Below the pieces are notes generated by a model that was given only the letters and a program-made list of their open reading frames with translations, ran no database searches and was not told the origin of the DNA. A stretch of DNA of 64,000 bases from an uncultured Chlamydiae bacterium. GTDB taxonomy: Bacteria; Chlamydiota; Chlamydiia; Chlamydiales; SM23-39. Shown here piece by piece: positions 14,233 through 25,274 of this stretch. Within the stretch, counting starts at the first letter, position 1; the number at the start of each line of letters is the position of its first letter. The translations under genes were made by a program, and so were the position numbers. The stretch spans positions 640,001 to 704,000 of the forward strand of contig CAVSSM010000001.1 in assembly GCA_963730605.1 (NCBI GenBank), read 5' to 3'.

Positions 14233-14970
14233 ATGAAGACTGATATTTTCAAAGAAATTGATTCTTTACAGAAAGAGATCAATTCTTATAGACCCTTAAA
14301 CGCTGATTTTATTAAACAGATCAAAGACTATTATAAAATTGGATTGACTTTTTCAAGCAACGCTCTAGAAGGAAATACCTTAACTGAATCAGAGACAAAA
14401 ATTGTTTTAGAGGAAGGGATCACGATCGGGGGAAAACCTCTCAAAGACCATCTTGAAGCCATTGGACATGCCGAGGCTTACGAGTTTCTCTACACAATAG
14501 TGAATAATAAACTCGTGCAGGAAAAGGAAATTCAACAACTTCACCATCTCTTTTACTTTCGGATCGATGAAAAAAATGCAGGAAAATATAGGTCAAGCAA
14601 AGCGATCATCACCGGGTCAAAGTATCCATTGCCAAAACCTGAAAATTTATCCCTGCTGATGAAGGAGCTCATCTCTCTCATCAACAAATTCAGGATGGAA
14701 CATCATCCCGTCAAAGCGGCTGCTCTAGCGCATAAGGAGTTTGTTTTTATCCACCCATTCATTGACGGAAATGGTCGAACCGGCAGACTTCTCATGAATG
14801 TGATTTTGCTCCAGGAAGGGTATAATATTGCGATCATCCCACCCATCACAAGAAGAGAGTATATCGAGGCTTTAGAACAAGCCCATATCAACGACCAAGA
14901 CTTCATCTCTTTCATTGCCCGCATGGTAAGAGAAACCCAAAAAGATTACCTTAGATTGTTTCTTAAGTAA
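14233..14970 (+). CDS. Fic-domain protein (AMP-transferase motif with N-terminal inhibitory motif)
   Basis: HPFIDGNGRTGR canonical Fic motif; SNALEGN matches (S/T)xxxE(G/N). Confidence 0.92.
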   Translation: MKTDIFKEIDSLQKEINSYRPLNADFIKQIKDYYKIGLTFSSNALEGNTLTESETKIVLEEGITIGGKPLKDHLEAIGHAEAYEFLYTIVNNKLVQEKEIQQLHHLFYFRIDEKNAGKYRSSKAIITGSKYPLPKPENLSLLMKELISLINKFRMEHHPVKAAALAHKEFVFIHPFIDGNGRTGRLLMNVILLQEGYNIAIIPPITRREYIEALEQAHINDQDFISFIARMVRETQKDYLRLFLK

Positions 14971-14982
14971 TTAAAGCGATTT

Positions 14983-15285
14983 CTAGGAAAGGGCAAGCGT
15001 TTCTTCATCGATCGGGTAGGCCTCGTCTCCAGCGTGGATGATAAGCCCTGGCATGATCTTCAACTTAGGGTACGTTTTGCGAAAAGAGGCAATCGATGAG
15101 GCATCTGAGCGATTGGGTTTTGCCTTGCACTTGACCTCTATTGGAAAAAACATCCCGTCCCGTTCTAGGAGTAGATCCAGCTCAGCGCCGCCATGGGATC
15201 GCCAATGATACATGTTCGCCTCCGATGTGGTGGCAAAAAGACTTTGGATAACATTCATGACCCATGTTTCAAAAAGGGCGCCCAT
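14983..15285 (-). pseudogene. C-terminal fragment of an AAA ATPase/DUF4143-type protein
   Basis: GALFETWV...YHWRS.GGAELDLLLE...PIEVK; the N-terminal ATPase domain is absent. Confidence 0.7.
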
Positions 15286-15429
15286 TTGGATTAAAGAGTC
15301 TTATGACATAACCTGTTTCGCGTTGTGCTCGTTTTCTGAAGGAAAATGAGTACAACGGGAATGGCTCGCTTAAGATTCCCTTCTGAAAAATCAAAGAATT
15401 TGTTAAAGTGGCTTAGCATCATCATTATC

Positions 15430-16335
15430 ATGTTCGAGTCGATCCTGGGAAATGAGCCGATCAAGGCTTACCTCCGCAAAGCTATTCTCGAAGAGCGCCT
15501 TCCCCATGCACTTCTATTCACGGGGCCGGACGGCGTCGGAAAAAGCCTTTTTGCGAGAGATTTGGCGATCCATTTGCTGGGAAGCCCAGCGAGAGTGGCA
15601 GCGGAGAACCATCCCGATTTTCACGTCATTCGACCGGAAGGGAAAAGCGGGCAGCATGCGATCGAGACGCTCCGCCGTATGATCGACGATGTGCATGCGT
15701 CCCCTTTCGAGGCAAAAGCCAAGGTTTTCCTCATCCACGACGCCCACCGGATGCAGCCAACGGCCGCGAACGCGCTTCTAAAGACGCTCGAAGAGCCCTC
15801 TTCCGATACGATCCTCATCCTCTTGACGAACGCGCCGCAAGAGATCTTGCCGACGATCGCGTCTCGCTGCAGCCTCCTCCGCTTTCAGCTTTTGTCCGAG
15901 AATGAAATCGGATCCCTTCTCACAGCAAAAGGGCTTCAGGACCATTTTGCGAAAAGGTCCCACGGCTCAGCCGGCAAGGCGTTCGATCTTGCAGTAAAGG
16001 CGCCGGTGGAAGATGCGCTCTTTCGCCTCCTTTCCGAAAAAAAGAGCTATCCGGAGTTATGCTTTGCTCTCGAGGAGATTGAGAAGGAAATCGAAGACGA
16101 GGACCCGGTCAAACACGCTTCCCATGTGGAGCACATTTTTGCCGCTGTGCTCATGTGGCACCGCGACCAAGTGGCAAGAAGCTGCGGGGCGTCCCTTTTT
16201 TTTCCCGATGCGCCAAAGCCGATGTATCCGCTCCCATCTTTACCTGAAATAGAGTGCCTCGTCGACGAGGCGAGATTAGCGGTTTCCCGGAACATCCGCC
16301 TTTCCGTTTGCCTCGAGCAAATTTTTCCTATTTGA
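15430..16335 (+). CDS. holB: DNA polymerase III subunit delta'
   Basis: LPHALLFTGPDGVGK, NHPDFH, AANALLKTLEEP, ILPTIASRC. Confidence 0.93.
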   Translation: MFESILGNEPIKAYLRKAILEERLPHALLFTGPDGVGKSLFARDLAIHLLGSPARVAAENHPDFHVIRPEGKSGQHAIETLRRMIDDVHASPFEAKAKVFLIHDAHRMQPTAANALLKTLEEPSSDTILILLTNAPQEILPTIASRCSLLRFQLLSENEIGSLLTAKGLQDHFAKRSHGSAGKAFDLAVKAPVEDALFRLLSEKKSYPELCFALEEIEKEIEDEDPVKHASHVEHIFAAVLMWHRDQVARSCGASLFFPDAPKPMYPLPSLPEIECLVDEARLAVSRNIRLSVCLEQIFPI

Positions 16336-16382
16336 TAACTTTTATGGTCGGGCACTAGTATGAGGTTTTTGGTGCATAAAGC

Positions 16383-19300
16383 GTGCGAACCTCTCCATTT
16401 TTGCAAGTTTTGATCGCATTGGCAGCTCTTCCTGCCTATGCAACCACCTGGTCGGTGACTTCGAATTCTGATAACGAATCGCTAACCACAGGGACTCATG
16501 CAGGAAGCCTCCCCTGGTGCATTTTGAACGCAGCCGCTGGAGATACGATTGACTGTCATGCGATCTCTCCGACTACTACCATTACGCTTACCAAATCATT
16601 GCCGGCTCTTCCCGTATCGCTGACCATCACGGGCGATGGCATGAATGTCAATGTGGTTACGATTACAGGAGGGGGATTTGCAGCCTTTCAGACGGCCGCC
16701 GGTACTTCTATCATATCGCGTTTTACCTTAACGGGTTGCGCATCGACGGGAGGGGCGGGCGGTAGCGGAACCTATGGCGGCGGCGGCGGCGCGGGCGGCG
16801 GCGGCGGGCTTTATCTCCACAAGGGAACCAACGTAACGATCAATACCATCGTCTTTAACACGAACATGGCGACCGGTGGCGCCGGTGGCGCCGCGGGAGC
16901 GAACGGCAGCGGCGGCGGCGGCGGCGGATTTGGGGGCGGCGCTGGAGGAGCCTCGGCCGCTACGACGGGAGGAGGAGGAGGAGGAGGTTTTAGCAATGGG
17001 GGGCCCGGAGGAGCGGGGACAGTCGCCGGCACTACAGGCACATTCTTAGGGGGAGGCGGTGGCGGCGGCGGCAACGCGGCGGGCAACGGCGCAAATAATC
17101 AAGGAACGCTGAACCCTGCCAATAAATTTGCCGGAGGGACTTCTGCTGCCGGAGTTGGCGGCGGAGGCGGCGCGGGGGACGCAGCCGCAGGGGGCAATGG
17201 CAGCTCGACGAATGGAGGAAATGGGGGAGTAGGGATTGGATCCGATTCGAATTTCGGCGGCGGGGGAGGCGGCGGCGGGGGAGCCGCGGGAGGACCGGGG
17301 GGAGCCGGAGTGGGCGGCGGCGGCGGGGGGGGAGGAGCGGTGACGGGCGGATCAGGGGGAAGCTCCACTTTTGGCGGGGGGGGCGGCGGCGGAACCGCTC
17401 CAGGAAACGGGGGATTCGGCGGCGGCGGCGGCGGCGGCGTCACGGCGGGGGTCACAGCGTTCGGGGGAGGCTCTGGAGGAGCAGGGACAACCGCGGGGGG
17501 CGGGGGCGGCGCTGGAATGGGGGGCGCTATTTTCGTCGGCAATACTGCAATATTACAAGTCAATGACGGGATGTCGTTTGCTGGAAATACAGCCATGGGC
17601 GGCGCTGCGGGAGCGGGCGGGGGCGCCGCAGTGGGTACGGGATATGGCCCTGACCTATTTCTTCAATCGGGAGGGACCGTCAATTTCGTCTTGATGTCTG
17701 CCAACCTGACGATCTCGACTGCGATCCAAAGCGATAACGGACTTGGCGGCGGCACGGGGGGCGGCATCACCTTAAGAGGCACGAAAACATTGATCCTATC
17801 CGGAGCCAATACCTACACAGGAGGGACAACAATCACCTCCGGGACGCTGCAAATCAATAGCGACCAGGCTCTCGGCAGCAGTTTGTATGGCCTTACGATC
17901 GCAAACGGGACTCTTCAGACAACAATGGCTTTGACAACGGCCCGCCCGATTACTTTAACTGGGGCAGCGAACCTGGATACCCAAGGATACCCTGTCACTC
18001 TCTCCGGCAATCTGACGGGGAGCGGATCTTTCACCGTGTTAAGTTCCATGGGCGGCGGCTCGACGGTCACTTTATCCGGAGCCAATACTTACAGCGGAGG
18101 GACCACGGTCGGAGCCACCATGACTCTGACAGGGACGACGACCTCTCTCCAAGGCAATATCGCCCTTGCGGCCACAACTTCCACTTTGACATTCAACCAG
18201 ACGAGTAACGGCACCTACAGCGGCAGTATAAGTGGCGCCGGCAACTTGAACATCATAGGCGGCAGCGGCACGGTGCAAATCACCGGGAGCAGTCCAGGTT
18301 TTACGGGGCCTGTCATGATCGCCTCTGGCAACACTCTGCAAATAGACGGATCGCTGCAGAACAGCTCCCTTGTGACCGTCCCCTCCGGGGCGGCTTTAAC
18401 TGGGACCGGCACCGTTGGACCCACACAAAATTCGGGGACGATCAGTCCAGGCGATAGCGGCGGGACGGGAACGATCAGTATGAACGGTACTCTAACCCTA
18501 ATGGCCAGCTCGCAGCTCCAAATTGCAGTGCCTCCGAGCGGCCAGAGCGGCTTAGTAGCGGTAGCAGGCACGGCTGCCCTTAACGGGTCGGTCCTTTTCA
18601 ACACCTCATCGGGCGGTTTTTTCGGATTCAGCAAAAGCTATCTTTTCCTCTCTTCCGCCGGGCTTGGCGGCACGACCTTTTCCAGCTTCTCGTTCACGAA
18701 TCCTTCTTTCATGGGCACTGTTACCTATAGCGCTACAGACGCCTTTCTTATCTTGACGAACGCCGCGCCGTTTGCCGGCTTTCAATTCTACACCGCAAAT
18801 GAGCGGCATGTCGGCAACTATTTAGACGCGTTGAATGCCGCCGGGGTCATCAATCCTGCTCTTGCCGACATCGTCAATTCGATGGACGGCTTCACCACCG
18901 CACAGGTGAACGACGCCCTCGACCAAATGCATCCGGCGATTTACAGCGCTTTAATCGGCGGGCTCCAACCGTCGGTCGGCGGACAGCTTCTTTCGCTCTT
19001 TCATCGGCGTCCCTATCTTCCCTGCGGATGCTGTCCTCAAACTGTCCGCCTCTGGGCCACTCCCATGGGCAACTGGCTAAGAGAGGGAAACCTGGGAGAA
19101 CAGACGGCTTATGTTGCCCAGACTCGCGGCGTCTGCCTCGGCTTCGACGGGGCCATTGGAGAAAATTGGAGTCTTGGAATCGGAGCAGCATGGAATGAGG
19201 CCTCCCTCCTTTGGCAGAGGAACCGCGGCACCGGAACCGTCCATAAATATCTCGCGGCGCTTTATTCCGATTTTTTCATGGAATGCCTCTACATGCAGGC

Positions 19301-19898
19301 TTTCTACTGCGGCTTTTCCGCGTATGGCGGAGTAGACCGCAATCGTATCGCGCGCCATATTGAATTCTCCACGAATAACCTCCACGCAAAGGGCCATTTC
19401 TCTTCCCTCGATTTCGGGGGACAAGTATCTACCGCTTATCTTTTCGGATCGCCCTATTGCTTCCTCTATCCTTACGCCAACGGCGATTTTTTCTTCTTCC
19501 GGGGGGGGGGAATTTCTGAAACGGGAGCGGACGCTCTCAACCTGAACATCAATTCCCATGTGAGCAGCACGGTGAGATGCGAAGCAGGGCTCGGACTCCA
19601 GGTTCAAGATGCGAACTGGGCCGAGACGGTCTGCGTCTCTCCAATGTTCGAACTAGGTTGGGCCATAGAGCTTCCAATCAACCGCCCGGCCTACCATTCC
19701 CGCTTTGCCGGAGAGCCTTTCGGATTCGAGGCCAAAGGATGGGACCATACCTTCCAGATGTTCACGGTTGACGCAGGGCTCAAAATCACCATCTACAGCT
19801 TTACCTTGTCGGGGGAATATCGGACCGAAATGGCCCTCGACGGCCGGGACAATTTCTGGGATCAGCGAGGCAACCTCACTTTGGGATACGCGTGGTGA
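16383..19898 (+). CDS. Autotransporter with Gly-rich passenger and autotransporter-associated beta-strand repeats
   Basis: Signal-peptide-like N-terminus; ~300 aa poly-Gly region; two LSGANTY(T/S)GGTT repeats; barrel-like C-terminus ending in aromatic W (NLTLGYAW). Confidence 0.85.
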   Translation: MRTSPFLQVLIALAALPAYATTWSVTSNSDNESLTTGTHAGSLPWCILNAAAGDTIDCHAISPTTTITLTKSLPALPVSLTITGDGMNVNVVTITGGGFAAFQTAAGTSIISRFTLTGCASTGGAGGSGTYGGGGGAGGGGGLYLHKGTNVTINTIVFNTNMATGGAGGAAGANGSGGGGGGFGGGAGGASAATTGGGGGGGFSNGGPGGAGTVAGTTGTFLGGGGGGGGNAAGNGANNQGTLNPANKFAGGTSAAGVGGGGGAGDAAAGGNGSSTNGGNGGVGIGSDSNFGGGGGGGGGAAGGPGGAGVGGGGGGGGAVTGGSGGSSTFGGGGGGGTAPGNGGFGGGGGGGVTAGVTAFGGGSGGAGTTAGGGGGAGMGGAIFVGNTAILQVNDGMSFAGNTAMGGAAGAGGGAAVGTGYGPDLFLQSGGTVNFVLMSANLTISTAIQSDNGLGGGTGGGITLRGTKTLILSGANTYTGGTTITSGTLQINSDQALGSSLYGLTIANGTLQTTMALTTARPITLTGAANLDTQGYPVTLSGNLTGSGSFTVLSSMGGGSTVTLSGANTYSGGTTVGATMTLTGTTTSLQGNIALAATTSTLTFNQTSNGTYSGSISGAGNLNIIGGSGTVQITGSSPGFTGPVMIASGNTLQIDGSLQNSSLVTVPSGAALTGTGTVGPTQNSGTISPGDSGGTGTISMNGTLTLMASSQLQIAVPPSGQSGLVAVAGTAALNGSVLFNTSSGGFFGFSKSYLFLSSAGLGGTTFSSFSFTNPSFMGTVTYSATDAFLILTNAAPFAGFQFYTANERHVGNYLDALNAAGVINPALADIVNSMDGFTTAQVNDALDQMHPAIYSALIGGLQPSVGGQLLSLFHRRPYLPCGCCPQTVRLWATPMGNWLREGNLGEQTAYVAQTRGVCLGFDGAIGENWSLGIGAAWNEASLLWQRNRGTGTVHKYLAALYSDFFMECLYMQAFYCGFSAYGGVDRNRIARHIEFSTNNLHAKGHFSSLDFGGQVSTAYLFGSPYCFLYPYANGDFFFFRGGGISETGADALNLNINSHVSSTVRCEAGLGLQVQDANWAETVCVSPMFELGWAIELPINRPAYHSRFAGEPFGFEAKGWDHTFQMFTVDAGLKITIYSFTLSGEYRTEMALDGRDNFWDQRGNLTLGYAW

Positions 19899-19900
19899 GA

Positions 19901-20815
19901 TTAAATCAACTTGCCGGACCAGCCGAGTTTTTTGCGCAGTGTCGAAAAGTATTCGTGTCTGTGGAGGTTGACGATTTTGAAGGGTTGGATGGAGCGTTGG
20001 ATGGAGACGGAGTCGCCGCTTTTGAGGGGCATGGCGTCGAGGCCGTCGGCGCGCACGTCGATGGGATCGTAGGGGGAGGCGTACCGGATTTCGATTTTCC
20101 GGTCGGCGGTGAGGACGATCGGGCGGTTGGAAATCGTGTGTGGGCAGATGGGGGTGATAACGATGGCGTCGAGGGTAGGGGCTAGGATGGGCCCTCCAGC
20201 TGCGAGCGAATAGGCGGTGGATCCGGTGGGGGTGGCGACGATGATTCCGTCGGCGAGGAAGGTGTTGATATAGACGTCGTCTACTTGGATCGCAAGTTCG
20301 ATGAGGCTGTAGTTGTTTGCGCGGTGGAAGACGATATCGTTAACGGCGCGCAGGCGTCCTCCGCGTCGCGGGGCCCCCGCCGACGCATCGTCGGAAGGGG
20401 TGGCAGAGGCGTCGAGGTCCCCGAAGACGCCTCGTCTTTGGGGTAGATTTGCTTCTAGGGCGAGACGTTTATCGACGGTATAGGCGCCGCTCAAAAGGTC
20501 GGAGAGGCTGGGGAAGATGTCGGCGGCGGGGACGTCGGCCATAAATCCAAGGTGGCCCAAGTTGATCCCGAGGATGGGAGCGTCGAGATGCGAATATTGG
20601 TGGCTGATCCTGAGAAGCGTCCCGTCGCCGCCCATGGAGATGAGGAAATTGATCTCGCTGGGATCGACGCTGGATAGGGGCGCGGCGCCGATCGATTTGG
20701 CTTTCTCATCTTCCGCGGCGACGTCGATGCCTTTCGAGACGAGGAATTCCCTGATCTGAATCGCCAGTTCAAAGGAGTGCTTTTTCTTTTCGTTCGGAAA
20801 GAGCGCTATGATCAT
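19901..20815 (-). CDS. nadK: NAD kinase with a ~25-aa repeat-derived insertion
   Basis: [16 protein letters not shown] motif, [21 protein letters not shown]. Confidence 0.95.
   Translation of the reverse strand: MIIALFPNEKKKHSFELAIQIREFLVSKGIDVAAEDEKAKSIGAAPLSSVDPSEINFLISMGGDGTLLRISHQYSHLDAPILGINLGHLGFMADVPAADIFPSLSDLLSGAYTVDKRLALEANLPQRRGVFGDLDASATPSDDASAGAPRRGGRLRAVNDIVFHRANNYSLIELAIQVDDVYINTFLADGIIVATPTGSTAYSLAAGGPILAPTLDAIVITPICPHTISNRPIVLTADRKIEIRYASPYDPIDVRADGLDAMPLKSGDSVSIQRSIQPFKIVNLHRHEYFSTLRKKLGWSGKLI
20370..20444. repeat. Two copies of the ~30-bp hairpin repeat, in frame inside nadK
   Basis: GGGGCCCCCGCCGACGCATCGTCGGAAGGGGTGG and GGTCCCCGAAGACGCCTCGTCTTTGGGGT. Confidence 0.85.
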
Positions 20816-22673
20816 GAAAGGAAAACTCCTGCAAAAGCCTTGCCGCGATTGATTCGGCGTCCAAGCCTAATTCTCGCATAAGTTCGGGATTGCTGCCAAA
20901 TTGAACCCAGGTATCGGGGATGCCGATGTTCACAACTTCGACCTCCCTATGGCCGTTTTGGATCAGGAAGTTGTTGAATATCATCCCTAAGCCGCCATTC
21001 AGGGCATGCTCTTCGATGGTCGCGGCAAAACGGTGGGTGGCGAGAAGCTCTGTTAAGATTGCCGTGTCGAGAGGTTTTACGAAAACGGGATCGACGACCG
21101 TGGCGACGATCCCTTTGGGTTGGAGGAGGTCTCTGACTTTTAAGGCTGTTTGACATGTGTGGCCGAGGGCGATGAGAAGGAGGTCATTCCCGCGCGCGAG
21201 GATTTCTGCTTGGCCCGGGCGGCGGACCTTCAGCGGCAGGTCGGACTCTTCCGTCTCGAGATTGGGATAGCGGATCGCAGAGGGCTTGCCCCAGCCGAAA
21301 CTGCTCTCGAGGAGTTCTTTTAAGATGTGGCCGTCGCGCGGCTGGGCGATGATCATGTTCGGCATCGCGTTGAGAAAGCTTATATCGTAAATGCCATGAT
21401 GGGTGCTTCCGTCAGGACCGGAGATGAAAGAGCGGTCGAGGGCGAAAACGACCGGCAGCTCCTGCATGCAGACGTCTTGGAAGAGGTTGTCCAACGCTCT
21501 TTGGAGGAAGGTCGCGTAGATGCAGACGACGACCCGCTTTTTACTCTTGTAGGAAAGCCCGCCAGCGAAGGTGACGGCATGTCCTTCTGCGATGCCGACA
21601 TCAAGACACCGCTCTGGATAGCGGAGCATAAAATCGTCGAGACATGATCCGGCCGGCATCGCAGGGGTGATGCAGACGAGATCGGGGTCGCGCTCTGCCA
21701 TTTTCAGAATGTGGCGGCCGAAGATTTTGGGGAAGGTTGGCTTAGTGGAAGGGGAGGGGAGGATCTTGCCGCTGCAAAGGTCGAACGGCCGAACGCCATG
21801 GTAGGGAGTGGGGTTGGCGATCGCGATCGGCATCCCTTTTCCTTTGACGGTCATCACGTGGAGAAGAACAGGGCGGGTAGCTTCGCGTAAATTCTCCAAG
21901 GTGCGGACAAGAGTTTGGATATGATGGCCGTCGATCGGACCTACGTAGGAGAGGCCGAACTCTTCAAAGAAGGGGGCCGGGCTGACTAGGTTTTTTATCG
22001 ATTCCGTGATTTTTTTTCCCAAATGCTCAAGGGTCGATCCATAACCTGGGATTTTGGAAAGAAGTTCCTGAATTTCCGAATAGACGCGGTTGGCAAGAGG
22101 ATTGCTGAGAAGGCGGCTTAAAATGTTTTTAATGTTGCCAACGTTTTTGGAGATGGACATTGCGTTGTCATTGAGGATGGCGATGAACCGGGGCAGATGT
22201 TTGGGCACGTTGTTGAGGGCTTCCAAGGTCAGTCCGCAGGTGAGAGAGGCGTCTCCGATGATCGGGATCACGTGCTCTTCTCCTAGCGTTAGATCGCGGG
22301 CTTTGGCTACTCCCAGAGCGAGAGAAAAAGCTGTCCCGGCATGTCCGGCGAAAAAATGGTCGTGTTCCGATTCTTTAGGGTGGGTAAATCCGCAGAGCCC
22401 CTTGTATTTACGGATCTTGTCGAAGCGGCTGTTGCGGCCCGTTAGGAGCTTATGGGTATAGGATTGGTGGCTGACGTCGAAGATGAATTTATCGCGGGGA
22501 GAATCGAAAACCCTGTGGAGGGCGATCGTCAGTTCCACCATGCCAAGATTGGAAGAGAGGTGGCCTCCATTGACCGAGAGCACCTCGATGATCCGGCTGC
22601 GGATCTCCTTGGCGAGCTCATCGAGCTCAGCCCAAGAAAAATTCTTTAGCTCCGATGGACAATCCGTGATCAA
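20769..22673 (-). CDS. dxs: 1-deoxy-D-xylulose-5-phosphate synthase
   Basis: [53 protein letters not shown]. Confidence 0.97.
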   Translation of the reverse strand: MITDCPSELKNFSWAELDELAKEIRSRIIEVLSVNGGHLSSNLGMVELTIALHRVFDSPRDKFIFDVSHQSYTHKLLTGRNSRFDKIRKYKGLCGFTHPKESEHDHFFAGHAGTAFSLALGVAKARDLTLGEEHVIPIIGDASLTCGLTLEALNNVPKHLPRFIAILNDNAMSISKNVGNIKNILSRLLSNPLANRVYSEIQELLSKIPGYGSTLEHLGKKITESIKNLVSPAPFFEEFGLSYVGPIDGHHIQTLVRTLENLREATRPVLLHVMTVKGKGMPIAIANPTPYHGVRPFDLCSGKILPSPSTKPTFPKIFGRHILKMAERDPDLVCITPAMPAGSCLDDFMLRYPERCLDVGIAEGHAVTFAGGLSYKSKKRVVVCIYATFLQRALDNLFQDVCMQELPVVFALDRSFISGPDGSTHHGIYDISFLNAMPNMIIAQPRDGHILKELLESSFGWGKPSAIRYPNLETEESDLPLKVRRPGQAEILARGNDLLLIALGHTCQTALKVRDLLQPKGIVATVVDPVFVKPLDTAILTELLATHRFAATIEEHALNGGLGMIFNNFLIQNGHREVEVVNIGIPDTWVQFGSNPELMRELGLDAESIAARLLQEFSFHDHSALSERKEKALL

Positions 22674-22936
22674 AAGGGGACTTCCTCTCCGGAAAAGAGG
22701 GCGGTTTTAGGGGTCTGGTCGGGGTTGAGAATCGTAATGCCTTCCGCCCCTTTGGAGATCGCCTCGATCTTTTGTTCGGCAGCTTTTAGGAGCGTTTCGC
22801 AGTGGCGCATGAGTTTTTCCCCTTTTTCAAAAAGGCCGAGCGATTCCTGAAGAGAAAGGGTTCCCGAGTTCATCTTTTCCAAAATGGATTGAAGTTGGTC
22901 GAAGGCCTTCTCGAAGGTAAGATTGTCTGGGTTCAT
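22670..22936 (-). CDS. xseB: Exonuclease VII small subunit
   Basis: [30 protein letters not shown]; follows xseA. Confidence 0.93.
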   Translation of the reverse strand: MNPDNLTFEKAFDQLQSILEKMNSGTLSLQESLGLFEKGEKLMRHCETLLKAAEQKIEAISKGAEGITILNPDQTPKTALFSGEEVPF

Positions 22937-24213
22937 GGGTTCTTTATCTCTTTTGCCACCGCGGTGACATGGCCGTCATGCAGCCTGGCGATGAAGGTTT
23001 GGTTGGGTTGCAAAGACTTGGCTGAAAGGATAATCGAAGAGTCCTTTTCCATGAAGAGGATTGCATATCCTTTTTTGAGAACGTTATTGGGATTTAGAGA
23101 TCGGAGGTGTTCCCAAACCGCGGCAAGCCTTTCTCTTTTTTGGGAGACAATCATCTTGGCGGCGAATGTCATACGCCCTTCCAGAGGAGCGAAGCGATCA
23201 GAGAAATTTTTCACGCGCTCGCGGGGATCGAGCGCCCTTAACGCAAGGCGGGCGGAGTCGAGCTGTTGCATAGGCTGAGAGAGGATCGAAAGAGGAAAGC
23301 GGAAAATTGGGTGGGTCTTAAGCGCAAGGAGCCTTTCTTTTGCGTTGCCGAACTTGTGCCGGATAAATTGCCTGCCCGCTTGGACGGAACTCGAGAGCGC
23401 TTGGAGCAGATTGGCTTGCTCGGCAATCACGATTTCCGCCGCGGCGGAAGGGGTGGGAGCGCGCACATCGGCGACCCAGTCGGCCATCGTAAAGTCGGTC
23501 TCGTGGCCGACCGCCGAAATGACCGGGATTTTTGATTCGAAAATCGCTTTTGCCACGATCTCTTCGTTAAAAGCCCATAGGTCTTCAATGCTCCCGCCCC
23601 CTCTTGCTACGATCATGACATCGACGAGGTTCATCTGGTTGAATTCGGCAATGGCGCGGGCAATCTCCTGTGGGGCTTTATCGCCTTGGACCCGCACTGG
23701 GTTCAAGAGCAAATGAAAATTTGGAAATCGCCTTTTTAGTACATTCAAGATGTCCTTGATGACAGCCCCGGTTGGGCTCGTCACGACCCCGATCCGTTTA
23801 GGAAATTTAGGAAGCGGTTTTTTTTTCTCCGGGTCGAACCAGCCGCGTGAGGCGAGCTCAACTTTCAGCTGATGGAATTTCATAAGCAGCTCCCCCATGC
23901 CGAGGAATTGGAGTTCCCGAACAATGACCTGGTACTGGCCGCGAGGTGCATAAAGGCTAAGCTCGCCGGTTGCGATCACCTGGTCGCCGTCTTTCGGCAT
24001 CCTGGAGAGACGCGCTGCGCTTCCGCGGAAGAGGACGGCCGATACCTGGGCGCCCGCGTCTTTCATGCTAAAATAGAGATGGCCGGAGGATTGCAGCTTG
24101 AAATTGCTGATCTCTCCTTTGACCGAAAGGCCGCGAAAATTTGGCTCGAGGACCATTTTGATTGCGGCAGTCAGTTCGGATACGGTCAAAATTTGCATGA
24201 ACCTATCTTCCAA
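22933..24213 (-). CDS. xseA: Exonuclease VII large subunit
   Basis: GEISNF..SSGHLYFS.KD, RGGGSIEDLWAFNEE, SAVGHETD, RAPTPSAAAE. Confidence 0.96.
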   Translation of the reverse strand: MEDRFMQILTVSELTAAIKMVLEPNFRGLSVKGEISNFKLQSSGHLYFSMKDAGAQVSAVLFRGSAARLSRMPKDGDQVIATGELSLYAPRGQYQVIVRELQFLGMGELLMKFHQLKVELASRGWFDPEKKKPLPKFPKRIGVVTSPTGAVIKDILNVLKRRFPNFHLLLNPVRVQGDKAPQEIARAIAEFNQMNLVDVMIVARGGGSIEDLWAFNEEIVAKAIFESKIPVISAVGHETDFTMADWVADVRAPTPSAAAEIVIAEQANLLQALSSSVQAGRQFIRHKFGNAKERLLALKTHPIFRFPLSILSQPMQQLDSARLALRALDPRERVKNFSDRFAPLEGRMTFAAKMIVSQKRERLAAVWEHLRSLNPNNVLKKGYAILFMEKDSSIILSAKSLQPNQTFIARLHDGHVTAVAKEIKNP

Positions 24214-24527
24214 TTCTTAATGATTTATTTATGGTCGATTTTGAGGCGATTTTTCGTCGTCGACCGCCCAAAGTAAATATCGGGACGGTGATCTTTACGA
24301 GGGCGGAGGCGCGAAAAGCGCCCAAAAGCGTGCCGTAAAGGGATCGTGAAGAATTGGAGGATAGGTTCATATAGCCTGGGTGAATTTTCAACCAAGCCGT
24401 TATATAAATGCAATCTTCCTTGCCAATAGCGCCCGCGTCCGTTATTCTAATAGGAGTTTTTGAGTAGGAAAATGTCGCGAAAAAGGGGCCTCGTAGTCGC
24501 ATCGACTATGGGGAAAAAAATCCGACT

Positions 24528-25274
24528 GTGATCGGCAACTGGAAGATGCATAAGACTGCCCGGGAAGCGGTCGATTTCATCGAATCGATCCTCCCCTTGG
24601 TCGAAGGGTGTCAAGTCAATCTTTTCCTTGCCGTCCCGTTTACCTCGATCCAGCCTGCGGCGAGCGCGGCGAGAAATACGCCGATCGTCATCGGCGCCCA
24701 GAATATGCACGATGCGCGGGAAGGGGCCTTCACTGGCGAGATCGCCGGCCTCATGCTCAAAGAGGCGGGAGCTTCGTTTGCGATCTTGGGCCATTCGGAG
24801 CGGCGCACTCTATTTGGCGAAGGGGAAGAGATAGTCCAGAAAAAAGTCATGCGGGCGCTTGCCGACGATTTGACCCCCGTCCTTTGCATTGGAGAGACGC
24901 TCGAGGAGAGGGAATCGGGCAAGACGGAAAAAGTTTTAAAAAGGCAGCTCTCTGCCGTTCACGGGATCGGGAAAGGGGATGCGGGGAAAATCATTCTGGC
25001 TTACGAGCCCGTTTGGGCGATCGGGACAGGAAAGTCGGCCACCGCTGAAACCGCCCAGGCAGCCCATGCTCTGATCCGTTCAGAGCTCGCCCATTTGTTC
25101 GGCAAGCAGACTGCAAACCTCATCCCGATCCTTTACGGCGGATCGGTCAGCCCAGACAACGCCCCTCATTTTATGGCGAAGGGCGATATCGACGGCCTTC
25201 TTGTCGGAGGCGCTGCCCTCGATCCCCTCTCGCTCGCCGCCATCGTCAAACATTCAACCGAGAAAAAAGCATGA
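24528..25274 (+). CDS. tpiA: Triosephosphate isomerase
   Basis: GNWKM, GAFTGEI, GHSERR, AYEPVWAIGTG, YGGSV. Confidence 0.97.
   Translation: MIGNWKMHKTAREAVDFIESILPLVEGCQVNLFLAVPFTSIQPAASAARNTPIVIGAQNMHDAREGAFTGEIAGLMLKEAGASFAILGHSERRTLFGEGEEIVQKKVMRALADDLTPVLCIGETLEERESGKTEKVLKRQLSAVHGIGKGDAGKIILAYEPVWAIGTGKSATAETAQAAHALIRSELAHLFGKQTANLIPILYGGSVSPDNAPHFMAKGDIDGLLVGGAALDPLSLAAIVKHSTEKKA

Noticed and set aside
16811..17596. Proline-rich ORFs on the minus strand
   Set aside because: Antisense shadow of the poly-Gly codons of the autotransporter.
24214..24527. Small ORFs or an RNA gene between xseA and tpiA; out-of-frame ATG at 24508 before tpiA
   Set aside because: No recognisable motif or tRNA fold; the tpiA start issue is explained by a GTG start or one missing A in an A7 run.
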